Shown: one piece after another, positions 10,295 through 18,782 of the stretch | How the letters are laid out: every line of letters begins with the position of its first letter | Position numbering within the stretch: the first letter of the stretch is position 1 | Assembly (NCBI GenBank): GCA_963850305.1 | Contig: CAWKKR010000007.1 | Span: forward strand, 127,522-159,521 | Length of the DNA: 32,000 bases | From: an uncultured delta proteobacterium | Lineage (GTDB): Bacteria > Myxococcota_A > Polyangia > Polyangiales > Polyangiaceae | Reading direction: 5' to 3' | Translations under genes and position numbers: made by a program | The notes under the pieces: generated by a model | What the model was told of the DNA's origin: nothing | The model's input: the letters and a program-made list of their open reading frames with translations, nothing else | Databases searched by the model: none

Positions 10295-11200
10295 ATGGAT
10301 GCTCAGACGGACCTGGTAGCGCCTGCGCGCCCTGCGGGTCGGACCAAGACGAAGAAGATGGGCCCGGTGGCGGTTGCGCTGGCCTTCCTGGCCGGCAAAC
10401 TGAAGTGGGCCTTCGCGGTCTTCAAGCTGGTCAAGCTGGCGACGCTCGCCAGCATGCTGCTCGCGATCGGCGTGTACGCAACGCTCTGGGGGCTCCCGTT
10501 CGCGCTCGGATTCGTGGCTCTGCTCTTCGTGCACGAGATGGGTCACGCGATCGCCATGCGCCGGGAAGGGATCCCCGCGAGCGCCCCCGTGTTCATCCCT
10601 TTCGTCGGGGCCGTCATCGCCATGCGCGGCATGCCGCGGGACGCTTGGGTGGAAGCCGTCGTGGGGATTGGTGGTCCCGTGCTCGGCACAGCGGGCGCTG
10701 CGGCCTGTCTCGTCGTTGCGTTCGTCACGGGGTCGCCGTTCTGGTTCGCGCTCGCCTCGACCGGCTTCATGTTGAACCTGTTCAACATGATCCCCGTATC
10801 GCCGCTCGACGGGGGGCGCGTCGTGGGCGTCGTCAGTCGCTGGCTCTGGGCCGTCGGATTCGTCGTCGGCATCGCCGTCTTCTTCGTGACCCGCTCGCCG
10901 CTGCTCCTGATCATCCTGCTCCTCGGCGCGCTCCAGCTCTGGAAGTCGCTCAAGGCACCGCGCACCGCGTATTACGACGTGCCTGTCATCCAGAGGGTCA
11001 CCATGGGCGGCGCCTACTTCGGCCTTCTCGCCCTGATGACGCTCGGCATGTGGGTCTCAGAAGGGCCGCTGCACGCGGTCGGCGGGAATCAGCTCATGCT
11101 AACCGAAGGGGCCACGTTGCTCTTCGGTTCCGTGCCGCTCTTTGCCGGCTGGGCGCGCCGGCTGTTTCCTGGGTTTTCTGGTGGAGCCGCGGGGAATTGA
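10295..11200 (+). CDS. Site-2 protease family (peptidase M50) integral membrane metalloprotease
   Basis: HEMGH zinc motif inside a hydrophobic segment and a second motif NLFNMIPVSPLDGG, with multiple TM segments. The track start 10154 adds an implausible leader; I prefer ATG 10295 (ATG 10358 also possible). The last 22 nt overlap the 3' end of the convergent tmRNA gene. Confidence 0.8.
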   Translation: MDAQTDLVAPARPAGRTKTKKMGPVAVALAFLAGKLKWAFAVFKLVKLATLASMLLAIGVYATLWGLPFALGFVALLFVHEMGHAIAMRREGIPASAPVFIPFVGAVIAMRGMPRDAWVEAVVGIGGPVLGTAGAAACLVVAFVTGSPFWFALASTGFMLNLFNMIPVSPLDGGRVVGVVSRWLWAVGFVVGIAVFFVTRSPLLLIILLLGALQLWKSLKAPRTAYYDVPVIQRVTMGGAYFGLLALMTLGMWVSEGPLHAVGGNQLMLTEGATLLFGSVPLFAGWARRLFPGFSGGAAGN

Positions 11201-11521
11201 ACCCCGGTCCGCGAGGCTTCCAATCGACCTTCGTTCACGTGCGTAGTCGCCGTATCCCCGGCGACCGAGTTCGCGGATTCGGCCGCGACCTATTCTCAAC
11301 TGTTTCTCGGCAGCGCTATCAGAGACGTTCTCGTGCTGCCCAGCCCTGGTGTCGCGCCCGAACGGTTACGAGGACTACCTTACCGCCGGACGGCTCAGCG
11401 GTTCTTTAGGCCGCGAGAGCGATTGCGTTGTCGTTCGCAAATAACGTGCCGGTTTTAACGTGGACCGGAGCCACTGCACGCAGATTGACCTTCAGTCCCC
11501 ACGTCGAAGCCGATCGGCCCC
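11179..11521 (-). ncRNA. ssrA: tmRNA (transfer-messenger RNA, SsrA)
   Basis: Minus-strand read starts GGGGCCGAUCGGCUUCGACGUGGGG and ends GGACCGGGGUUCAAUUCCCCGCGGCUCCACCA. The 7-bp acceptor stem GGGGCCG/CGGCUCC includes the G3:U alanine-identity pair. The T-arm is CGGGG-UUCAAUU-CCCCG, and CCA is encoded. The internal tag ORF follows UUAUUU. Confidence 0.93.
11406..11438 (-). other. tmRNA tag reading frame: ANDNAIALAA-stop
   Basis: GCG AAC GAC AAC GCA AUC GCU CUC GCG GCC UAA on the minus strand. This is a classical proteolysis tag ending in hydrophobic LAA. It is the C-terminus of spurious track ORF 11406-11591. Confidence 0.9.
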
Positions 11522-11587
11522 TGATTGGGTTCGGGGAACATAACACCGTTCCTCGAACATGACAGAGCGGATCCCGAGTTTGCCGGG

Positions 11588-12712
11588 TCACCCGTCAGCG
11601 CGGCGCCGTCGGGCCAGGCCGAGCAAGCCGAGTAAGCCGAGCAGCGCCGCACCGTTCGAGTGCGCGTGGCCCACGCCGATCTCGCAGCCCCCGCTGTCTT
11701 TGCTGGCACTCTTCGATGTCGCTGATGGCGTCGCGGAGAGATCATTGCCGCCGCCCGCGGAGCCGGTACTCGTGCCTCCTGTCGGTGTGACGCCCTCCGG
11801 CGCTCCGGCGCCGCCCGAGAACGTGCCCGACGCGTCGCTGAGCGTCCCATTGCCGTATGTGTAGCCGAGGTTCGAATACGGTGGCACGCACACCAGCTGA
11901 ACCGGCGGTGTGACCACCGATCCGCAATCGCTGGCGAAGCCACCATCCGGCAGCATGCGCGCGGCGCAGCCGCCTATGCCCGTCGTGGCGCTGGGATCTT
12001 GCTCGCAGAGCCAGCCGGTCGGGCACTGGCTCGTCGCGGTGCACGGCGTATTCGTCGCCTGGCAATGCGACGTTTGCGACGTGCAAGTGCAGCTCGGCGG
12101 CAAAGGCGCCATTGCGTCGGCCGAACCCCCGGGTGCTGGCGGTGGCGTCGTGTTGCCGGATCCGGAGGGAGCCGGAGGTGAGCTCGACGGCGAGTCGCCG
12201 CCCGCTGACGGTGCTGGTCCCGCGTCGATGGCCGAGCCCCCGGCGCAGGCGCACTCATCCGGTACGCACGTGAAGCCGTCGCCGCACGCCGCGTCGTTCG
12301 TGCAGGGCAGCACGTACTTCGGCACGCACGCGCTCACCGTCTTCGACGTGCAAGTTTCAGCCGGTGTCGCGCAGTTCGAGTCCGGCGGGCAAGAGGGTTG
12401 GTTCGAGACCGGGCAGGCCGTCTCCGTTTGCGAGTAGCAGACCATGCCGTCCGCGCAGTCGCTGTCCGTCGTGCACGGCGAAGGCACGCACCCCATGATG
12501 TCCTGTTCGACGATGCAATCCGGTTGCGCGCACGGTTCTCCGGGCGGACACGCGGGCGCGGCGCATCCGCCGGAGCTTCCGACGACCTGGCACGTGTAGC
12601 TCTTTGGACAATCCGAGTCCGCCGAGCAATCGGCGGCGCGAGCCGCGGTCGAAACGAGAATCAGGGCGCCTGAAGCGAGCAGCGAGAATCCGGAAATGAA
12701 GGGGGCTCTCAT
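11588..12712 (-). CDS. Cys-rich secreted protein with MYXO-CTERM-like C-terminal sorting signal
   Basis: ATG 12712 is preceded by GGGAGA. Signal peptide MRAPFISGFSLLASGALILVSTAARA. Four copies of a Cys module (CSADSDCPKSYTC, CTTDSDCADGMVC, CTNDAACGDGFTC, CTATSQCPTGWLC) are separated by P/S/G linkers. The C-terminus GGC...AALLGLLGLLGLARRRR matches the MYXO-CTERM pattern (Gly-Cys, hydrophobic helix, Arg cluster). Confidence 0.75.
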   Translation of the reverse strand: MRAPFISGFSLLASGALILVSTAARAADCSADSDCPKSYTCQVVGSSGGCAAPACPPGEPCAQPDCIVEQDIMGCVPSPCTTDSDCADGMVCYSQTETACPVSNQPSCPPDSNCATPAETCTSKTVSACVPKYVLPCTNDAACGDGFTCVPDECACAGGSAIDAGPAPSAGGDSPSSSPPAPSGSGNTTPPPAPGGSADAMAPLPPSCTCTSQTSHCQATNTPCTATSQCPTGWLCEQDPSATTGIGGCAARMLPDGGFASDCGSVVTPPVQLVCVPPYSNLGYTYGNGTLSDASGTFSGGAGAPEGVTPTGGTSTGSAGGGNDLSATPSATSKSASKDSGGCEIGVGHAHSNGAALLGLLGLLGLARRRRADG

Positions 12713-12952
12713 GATGTTTTCTCCCGGCCGCCTGCGGTTCGGGAAAGAGCGGCCTACGGTTCCCAAGAGCACGGCTCGTGCCATCCGTATTCGGCTTTAA
12801 TCAACTGTTTAGCGGCGCCTCGGGCTGTGCCAGCGTGTGCCATTCGCCGGCTTTTCGCAATCCCCCGGATCTCGGCGCCAGGTTCGGCGGCGCGTCGGGC
12901 TTGCCACGCGACGCTTCGCGTCCGAAACCTGACGGCACCCAGAAGGAGAGGG

Positions 12953-13870
12953 ATGCAAATGAAGCGGATACTCGTTTCGGGGGCCACGGGGTTCATCGGG
13001 GGCCGGCTCGTCGGCGCGCTTCTCACGCGCGGCGACGCGGTCACGGCCTTCACACGCGGTGCTTCGGGTGAGCGACGCACGCCCGACGGCGTGGTCCGCT
13101 TCGAGCACTGGGATCCGCGTGGCGTCGAGCCGCTCGCGCTGCCCGAAGCCGACGCCATCGTGCACCTCGCCGGGGAGCCCGCGATCGGCTCGTACTGGAC
13201 CGCGGCTCGCATGCACGAAATCGAAGCGAGTCGCGTCGAGAGCACCGAGCGTCTCGTCGCGGCGATCGAACGCGCCGCATCTCGTCCCGCGGTGCTCGTG
13301 TGCTCGTCCGGCGTCGGTTACTACGGCGCTCGCGACGGCGAACCGCTCGACGAGTCCACGCCGCCGGGTCGTGACTTTCTCGCTCATGTGACGATCGGAT
13401 GGGAGCGTGCCGCGGCCCGCGCGGAGTCGTTCGGGGTGCGCGTCGTTTGCACGCGGTTCGGCGTCGTCTTCGGAAAGGGCGGCGGCGCGCTCACGGAGAT
13501 GGTGAAGCCGTTCAAGCTCTTCGTCGGTGGTCCGATCGGCTCCGGCAAACAGATCGTCTCGTGGATCCACCTCGACGACGCCGTCGGCGCGTTGCTCCTC
13601 GCCCTCGACGACGAACGCCTGCGCGGCCCCGTGAACGTCACGTCACCGAACGCGGTCACGAATCGTGAGCTCGCGACGGCCATCGGACGAGCACTCGGCC
13701 GTCCTTCGGCGCTCCCCGTTCCCGCAGTCGCGCTTCGGCTCCGCTTCGGCGAAGGCGCCGACCCGCTCGTCACTGGCCAGCGCGGCATCCCGCGCGCGCT
13801 CACCGAAGCCGGCTATGCCTTCCGTTACCCGACTGTCGGAGGCGCGCTCGATCAAGTCCTGAAAGCGTGA
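12953..13870 (+). CDS. TIGR01777/YfcH-like NAD-dependent epimerase family oxidoreductase (SDR with C-terminal DUF1731-type extension)
   Basis: ATG 12953 is preceded by a strong AGAAGGAGAGGG. ILVSGATGFIGGRL Rossmann motif, IVHLAGEPI, GVGYYG, SWIHLDD, GPVNVTSP and a C-terminal GYAFRYP block are typical of the YfcH family. Confidence 0.85.
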   Translation: MQMKRILVSGATGFIGGRLVGALLTRGDAVTAFTRGASGERRTPDGVVRFEHWDPRGVEPLALPEADAIVHLAGEPAIGSYWTAARMHEIEASRVESTERLVAAIERAASRPAVLVCSSGVGYYGARDGEPLDESTPPGRDFLAHVTIGWERAAARAESFGVRVVCTRFGVVFGKGGGALTEMVKPFKLFVGGPIGSGKQIVSWIHLDDAVGALLLALDDERLRGPVNVTSPNAVTNRELATAIGRALGRPSALPVPAVALRLRFGEGADPLVTGQRGIPRALTEAGYAFRYPTVGGALDQVLKA

Positions 13871-14030
13871 GCGCCGCTCGAGGCTGCCCCCCATCGTCCG
13901 CCGCAACGGCGGCCGGTTCCCCCCAAATCGCGCCGCCAGGCGCCGCTCAGGGGGGAACCCCGCTAACCCCGCTTCCCCGACGGCCCCGATTGGAAGTCGG
14001 GCCGGATTAGGTGACGGAGGACGCCGCAGC

Positions 14031-15575
14031 TCACGGCGTTCGCGCGTCGGAGAGGACTGCGGAGCACGGCAGAGTACGCGGCGTGCCGATGGGCTCGCGG
14101 GTCCACCAGGCGCCGGTGCGTCGTCGCTGCTCGGGCGTCGTGAAGTGGTATTGAAAGAACTCCACGCGCGCGGCGTCCGGCGAAGCGGGGAGGGGACCGA
14201 CGAACAGCGACGCGACCGACGAAGGATCGGTGCACAGCTTTTCGAGCAGCGTGCCGACGTATTCGGGGACGCTTCTTTCGTACCCGAGCCCGTAAAACCA
14301 CAAAAGAAAATCGACCCGCGGTTGATGCGGCGCCACGAACGGCGGCGCGCGCTCCGGATCCCCCGGCTTGTAGTGGAGATCGTGCTCCGTCCACTTTTCG
14401 CCTTCGAGCGTCTCGAACGTGGGCTCGATGCGCTCGCGCGTGATCTGCGCGAACAGGTGATACGTGTTCACCAGGCGCAGGCTGTAAATGTCCTCCATGA
14501 TGCTCGTTGCGATCGCGCTCCGCGGGGCGGCGGGAAAGAATGTCTGAACCGCCTCTTCGTACGACACCGCGACGTAGACGGACGTGATGACGACAGCGAA
14601 CGTGAGGCGCGCGATCCGCAGAGGCGTCGCGGTTTTCTCGGTCACCGCCCGGCGCACGAGTTGGGCGAACGGTCGCGCGGCACGGCGCTTCGCGAGCCGG
14701 AACCTGGCGCGCGCGCGTCGTGTTCGGCGCAGCAGCGGCGCAAAGGGACGCGCGAGACGCTTCACGTCCTTCCCGTCGAGCAACGTCATCCCGAGAACGA
14801 GCGCGAGGTAACTGAAGAAGCCGTAGTTGGCCGTCGCGATGTTCAGAAGCTGGAAGCCCGTGAACACGACTACGGCGATGAGCCGTCCCGGGCGCGGCAA
14901 GAAGATCAAGAACGGCACGCCGAGCTCGAAGACGAGAGTCGCGTGGCTCTCGAGCGCGTGCCACGCCGCCGGAAGATGGTGTGCGTACCACGCGATCCAC
15001 GTCGGGATCGGCGCGGTCTCGTAGTAGTAGGCCATCGCGCTGCCGTCCTTCCAGTCCCCGAGCGGCGACCCGAGCTTCGCGAGGCCGGACTCGAAGTAGA
15101 GCTTGAACAGCGCGACACGCAGAAGAAACCAGACCCACCGCTGCGGCTTGCGCGCGGACAGGAGCGCGCCGAGCGCGCCGCATTCGAGCAGCAGGTTGTC
15201 CCACTGGAACCCGAGAAAGCTGCGCGCGACGACCGCATAGCCCAGATAAAGCAACGTCGTCGCGGCGAACGCGAGCCGCGGCATCACCCCGAGCAGCGCG
15301 AGTAGCGCGAACCCGATCCCCGCCGCGATACCCATGTGCAGCGCCGCGTCGCTCGCGTCGAAGCGCAACAGAGTCGGCGCGTCGAGGAACGTGATGTCCG
15401 GCCGCGCCGCGATGCGTTCCACCAGATCTTTCGCGGGTAACAGTCCGTGACTGCCGATGAGCACGTCGATCTGCACCCCGAGCGAGGCCCACGCGACGAG
15501 GAACGTGACTGCGAGCGATCGTTGAAAGAGCCGAGCCACGGGAGCTCGGTCATCTGCGGCGAGCGCGACCGTCAT
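14031..15575 (-). CDS. Lipase maturation factor (LMF1/LMF2-like) family polytopic membrane protein
   Basis: 514 aa. The N-terminal two thirds has many TM segments (FQWDNLLLECG, KLYFESGLAKL, FFSYLALVL). The C-terminal soluble part (YSLRLVNTYHLFA, YKPGD..RAPPFVAPHQPRVDFLLWF, FQYHFTT...WWTRE) matches the eukaryote-type LMF family as I remember it. The ATG overlaps the ndh stop (ATGA, 15572-15575). Confidence 0.75.
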   Translation of the reverse strand: MTVALAADDRAPVARLFQRSLAVTFLVAWASLGVQIDVLIGSHGLLPAKDLVERIAARPDITFLDAPTLLRFDASDAALHMGIAAGIGFALLALLGVMPRLAFAATTLLYLGYAVVARSFLGFQWDNLLLECGALGALLSARKPQRWVWFLLRVALFKLYFESGLAKLGSPLGDWKDGSAMAYYYETAPIPTWIAWYAHHLPAAWHALESHATLVFELGVPFLIFLPRPGRLIAVVVFTGFQLLNIATANYGFFSYLALVLGMTLLDGKDVKRLARPFAPLLRRTRRARARFRLAKRRAARPFAQLVRRAVTEKTATPLRIARLTFAVVITSVYVAVSYEEAVQTFFPAAPRSAIATSIMEDIYSLRLVNTYHLFAQITRERIEPTFETLEGEKWTEHDLHYKPGDPERAPPFVAPHQPRVDFLLWFYGLGYERSVPEYVGTLLEKLCTDPSSVASLFVGPLPASPDAARVEFFQYHFTTPEQRRRTGAWWTREPIGTPRTLPCSAVLSDARTP

Positions 15576-16906
15576 GGTTTCAGCGAGAGATCGCGCGACC
15601 CTTCGGGCTCATGTTCCGCGACCGCCGCCAGTGCGATGGCGCGCCGCGACGCCCAGGCGCCCGTGATCAGCCGCGCGCCGCGCTTGTAGGTGAAGTAATT
15701 CCAGGCCCAGGTGAAGAGCACGATGAACCGATTCCGGAATCCGATCAGATACCAGATATGGACAAACAGCCATGCGAGCCACGCAATGAGGCCGTGAAGC
15801 CGCAGTTTTCCCATCTCGGCCACCGCGCGCGACCGCCCGATCGTCGCCATGCTGCCCTTGTCGACGTACTCGAACTTCTCGGACGCACTCGGTCCGCCCG
15901 AGCGCGCCCTGATGAGCCGCGCGACGAACCGCCCTTGCTGCATCGCGACGGGGCTCACGCCGGGGATAGGATGGTCCGAGCCTTCAGGGACGAAGCGCGC
16001 CGCGTCCCCGATCACGAACGCTTCCGGGTGCCCCGGAATCGAGCAATCCGCGTTCACCTTCACCCGGCCTGCTCGGTCGAGCTCGACCCCGAGCGTCCCT
16101 GTCAGACTCTTCGCCTTGACGCCCGCGGTCCACAGCACCGTCGTCGCTTGCAATCGCTCCCCGTCGATATCTACTCCGTGCTCGTCGATCCCGGTGACGC
16201 GCGTTCCGAGCCGCACCTCGACGCCGATGCGCTCGAGCTCGCTCTTCGCGTTCTCGGAGAGGTGCGGCGCGAAGCCGCCCGAGAGCAGCCGGTCCCCCAT
16301 CTCCACCAGGACGACGCGCGGCCGCTCGTTCCGGATGCGCCGGAAATCGTCGGCGAGCACGAACTTGCCGAGCTCGGTGAGCGCCCCTGCGACCTCGACC
16401 CCGGTCGGCCCTCCGCCGATGACGACGAACGTCAGGAGCCGCCGGCGCGCCTCGGGGTCGTCCTCGCGTTCCGCGGCCTCGAACGCGAGCAGCACGCGAC
16501 GGCGCACCTCGATAGCGTCGTCGACCGTCTTCATCCCGAGCGCCCACTTCGCCCACTCGTCCTTGCCGAAGTAGTTCGTCTTCGCCCCGATCGCGACGAT
16601 CAGGAAGTCGTACGCGACGCTCTTTCCGTCTTCGAGCACGACACGACGGTCCGCGAGCTCGACGCGCGTCACGTCGGCCAGGAGCACCTGCACGCGCTCG
16701 TGTTCCTTCAGCACCGACCGGATCGGCACTGCGATATCGGCCGGACTAAGCCCGGCCATCGCGACCTGATAGAGGAGTGGCTGAAACAGGTGATAGTTCG
16801 CGCGATCGATCAGCGTGATCTGCGCGTTCGTGCGGCGGAACGACTGCGCCGCCGTGAGGCCGCCGAACCCGCCGCCGATGATCACCACCCGTGGCGCCGG
16901 CTTCAC
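15572..16906 (-). CDS. ndh: Type II NADH:quinone oxidoreductase (NDH-2)
   Basis: VVIIGGGFGGL (FAD GxGxxG), a second dinucleotide motif FVVIGGGPTGVEVAG, GDAA, and a C-terminal amphipathic/membrane tail (AWLAWLFVHIWYLIGFRNR). The track start 17047 adds an Arg-rich leader. GTG 16906 overlaps the stop of the upstream small gene (GTGA), so I prefer it. Confidence 0.87.
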   Translation of the reverse strand: MKPAPRVVIIGGGFGGLTAAQSFRRTNAQITLIDRANYHLFQPLLYQVAMAGLSPADIAVPIRSVLKEHERVQVLLADVTRVELADRRVVLEDGKSVAYDFLIVAIGAKTNYFGKDEWAKWALGMKTVDDAIEVRRRVLLAFEAAEREDDPEARRRLLTFVVIGGGPTGVEVAGALTELGKFVLADDFRRIRNERPRVVLVEMGDRLLSGGFAPHLSENAKSELERIGVEVRLGTRVTGIDEHGVDIDGERLQATTVLWTAGVKAKSLTGTLGVELDRAGRVKVNADCSIPGHPEAFVIGDAARFVPEGSDHPIPGVSPVAMQQGRFVARLIRARSGGPSASEKFEYVDKGSMATIGRSRAVAEMGKLRLHGLIAWLAWLFVHIWYLIGFRNRFIVLFTWAWNYFTYKRGARLITGAWASRRAIALAAVAEHEPEGSRDLSLKP

Positions 16907-17109
16907 GTGGGTGCTCCGAGCTCGTGTCCCTGACACACGAGCACCGGCAAGCGCGGGTACTTCGAGAATCGCGCGTCCGTCTTCGAGCGCTCGCACAGCC
17001 AGAACACGCTGCCTCTCGCCGACACGACCGCGCGCGCGTGCTGACACCGTCCGCAGAGCCCGGCTTTCCGCGACTCCTCGGCGCTCGGTCTCGGACTCTC
17101 GCTCATCAT
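16903..17109 (-). CDS. Small (68 aa) zinc-ribbon-like protein, CxxC...C...C
   Basis: MMSESPRPS...GLCGRCQHARAVVSARGSVFWLCERSKTDARFSKYPRLPVLVCQGHE. It has four Cys in ribbon-like spacing and a ...RF.KYP.LPV..C tail that I recall from a conserved small-protein family. The upstream part of track ORF 16903-17349 looks like noise. It is sandwiched in the operon with a coupled stop/start. Confidence 0.6.
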   Translation of the reverse strand: MMSESPRPSAEESRKAGLCGRCQHARAVVSARGSVFWLCERSKTDARFSKYPRLPVLVCQGHELGAPT

Positions 17110-17137
17110 CTTCCGCCGCTTCTCGGAGCGGATCTTG

Positions 17138-17917
17138 TCACTCCTGGTCGGTCTTCTGCTTCCAAAAGAATCCACGCGCCAATCGATCGTTCCGGAACGC
17201 ATCGAGAGCCTCGAAGTCGAGATCGTAGACCCGCGTCGCATCGCCGACCGGCTGGAACAACTGCTCCGGGTCCACGGTCGTCGGATCCGCGAACCCTGCG
17301 ACCCCGCTCGGCCCCATGCCGGCGAGCCCCGACACGTGCGCCCAGTCACTCACTCCCACATAGGCGCCGAACTCATACGCGCGCGCGACGGCGAGGTGTC
17401 CCCACAGCCGTCGCGAGTAGTCCGGCGTCGGCTTCCGAGTGACCGACAGTGCCGGCACCACGATGAGCTCCGGCAGCGTTGCCGCCCGATAGAACAGATC
17501 CGAGAACCAGAAGTCCGCGCACACGAGCACGAGCACGTGTCGCCCGCCGATCGTGAACTCCCCGAGTCCCGACCCTTCACGAACCCGTTCGCGCTCCGCG
17601 GCATAAGGCCGCAGCTTCTCGTACGACCCAAGCACACCGCCCGACGCGTCCGCGACCACGCCCCGGTTCACGGCAAACCCATCGCGCGCCTCGTGGTGCG
17701 ACCCTCCCACGACGTGACACCCCAGCCGTCGCGCAAGAGCACGAACGCCGTCTTCGTACGCCGCGCGCGACGGACGCAGATCGAAATGTTCCGGCAGCAC
17801 GACGACATCGTCCGGCTCGCGCTCGCCCGAATGCGGTTCGAGCAGCCGCGCCACCGCGCCGACGTTGTCCGCGTTCGCGTCATAAGCGAGCAAAGGTTGA
17901 ACGAGCACCAGCTTCAC
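17138..17917 (-). CDS. Carbon-nitrogen hydrolase (nitrilase superfamily) protein
   Basis: A Glu-Lys-Cys triad context is visible: VVLPEHF (Glu), SYEKLRPY (Lys), VLVCADFW (Cys). GTG start at 17917. First clear gene of the minus-strand operon 17917-14031. Confidence 0.8.
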   Translation of the reverse strand: MKLVLVQPLLAYDANADNVGAVARLLEPHSGEREPDDVVVLPEHFDLRPSRAAYEDGVRALARRLGCHVVGGSHHEARDGFAVNRGVVADASGGVLGSYEKLRPYAAERERVREGSGLGEFTIGGRHVLVLVCADFWFSDLFYRAATLPELIVVPALSVTRKPTPDYSRRLWGHLAVARAYEFGAYVGVSDWAHVSGLAGMGPSGVAGFADPTTVDPEQLFQPVGDATRVYDLDFEALDAFRNDRLARGFFWKQKTDQE

Positions 17918-18286
17918 GGGTCTTGCCTGGACATCCTGATCACAATCCGAGGTAACCCGTCCTTGCGTGCATGTCCTCCTCTTTCCAGCTCTCCAATTTC
18001 ACCATCACCGACGGCGCGGTGCCCGGACGGGACGACCCGGTCCACGTCGAGCGCCCACGACGACAGCGCCCTGACAGGTTGCGACGGCGGCACCAACGAC
18101 AGCCCCGGCCTCCTGGGAGTGTCGAGCGCCAGCTCCCTGTACACGCCCCGGGCCCCTTTCGCGCCCGGCGCGGTTGCCCCATGGTGCCGGTCGAACGTCG
18201 CGCAACTCGCCGCTTCCGCATCGAGGGGTGCTTGCGCCGGTCCGGCGCCGGCGGTACGAGAACCACCAGGGGACAATTCCGGGAAG

Positions 18287-18559
18287 ATGAAGCGCACTAT
18301 CCGCGTGGCAGCAAGCTTCGAAGAAGCGGACGCGCTGGATCGCGAGGACGTTGCGCGCATGAGCTTCGCGGAACGCGTGTCGGCGGTGGCAGAACTGCGG
18401 AGGAGTTGGTTCGGTGAAGATGGAGTTCGGTCGCGACTGGTCCGAGTTCTTGCGTCTTCTGATCTCGCATCGCGTAAGGTTCGTGCTTGCAACGGCGGCG
18501 CTCCCCTTCGCGTGCGCGTCCTCACCTCCACTGAAGCTCCCCGGCGACCCATGCCGTGA
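18287..18559 (+). CDS. Small hypothetical protein (possibly a remnant)
   Basis: MKRTIRVAASFEEADALDREDVARMSFAERVSAVAELRRSWFGEDG... looks protein-like and resembles small proteins I recall next to nucleotidyltransferase-type genes. The 3' third overlaps ORF 18414-18782 in another frame, so the true end is unclear. Confidence 0.3.
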   Translation: MKRTIRVAASFEEADALDREDVARMSFAERVSAVAELRRSWFGEDGVRSRLVRVLASSDLASRKVRACNGGAPLRVRVLTSTEAPRRPMP

Positions 18560-18782
18560 GGGCGTCTGTCCCGATGGCACGCGCTGCGAAACGTGGGAGG
18601 AGATCTCGAGAAGGGCCGGAGGCACGCGCGGTCCCCCGAAGTCCCGACCCGAATGCGTTCTCATGCCGGAGCGTTGCGTGTCGGCGACCGATTGCTCCCA
18701 CAAATGGATGGAATGCAGACACGGCAACTCGGGCCCCGATGACATCGGCTTCTGCATAGAGCCGCCGATGACGATCCAATGA
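18414..18782 (+). CDS. Small Cys-rich probably secreted protein
   Basis: The internal stretch RLLISHRVRFVLATAALPFACASS looks like a signal peptide, and an in-frame TTG encodes the first L of this stretch. The mature part has 8 Cys (DPCREGVCPDGTRCETW ... CVLMPERCVSATDCSHKWMECRHG ... FCIE). GC3 is moderately high. The start is uncertain. Confidence 0.35.
   Translation: MKMEFGRDWSEFLRLLISHRVRFVLATAALPFACASSPPLKLPGDPCREGVCPDGTRCETWEEISRRAGGTRGPPKSRPECVLMPERCVSATDCSHKWMECRHGNSGPDDIGFCIEPPMTIQ

Noticed and set aside
10295-12712. Genomic island integrated at the tmRNA 3' end
   Set aside because: The flanks are an M50 protease gene and a MYXO-CTERM protein gene. There is no integrase and no duplicated ssrA 3' fragment within the window.
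13898-13912. Intrinsic terminator between the convergent yfcH-like and LMF genes (CCGCCG-CAA-CGGCGG hairpin)
   Set aside because: It is a short stem with a 3-nt loop and no U-tract on either strand. That is not enough to call a terminator.
13963-15492. Long Arg-rich ORFs opposite real genes: 13963-15492(-), 14145-15305(+), 15611-16933(+), 1466-2260(-), 2294-3619(-), 2176-3447(+), 26648-27868(-), 30913-31665(-), 21957-22907(-, upstream part), 23541-24359(-), 20841-21629(-)
   Set aside because: They have the typical high-GC shadow-ORF composition (R/A/G/P/S-rich, few K/I/F/Y/N). They lack recognisable motifs, and each overlaps a gene with clear family motifs and better third-position bias.
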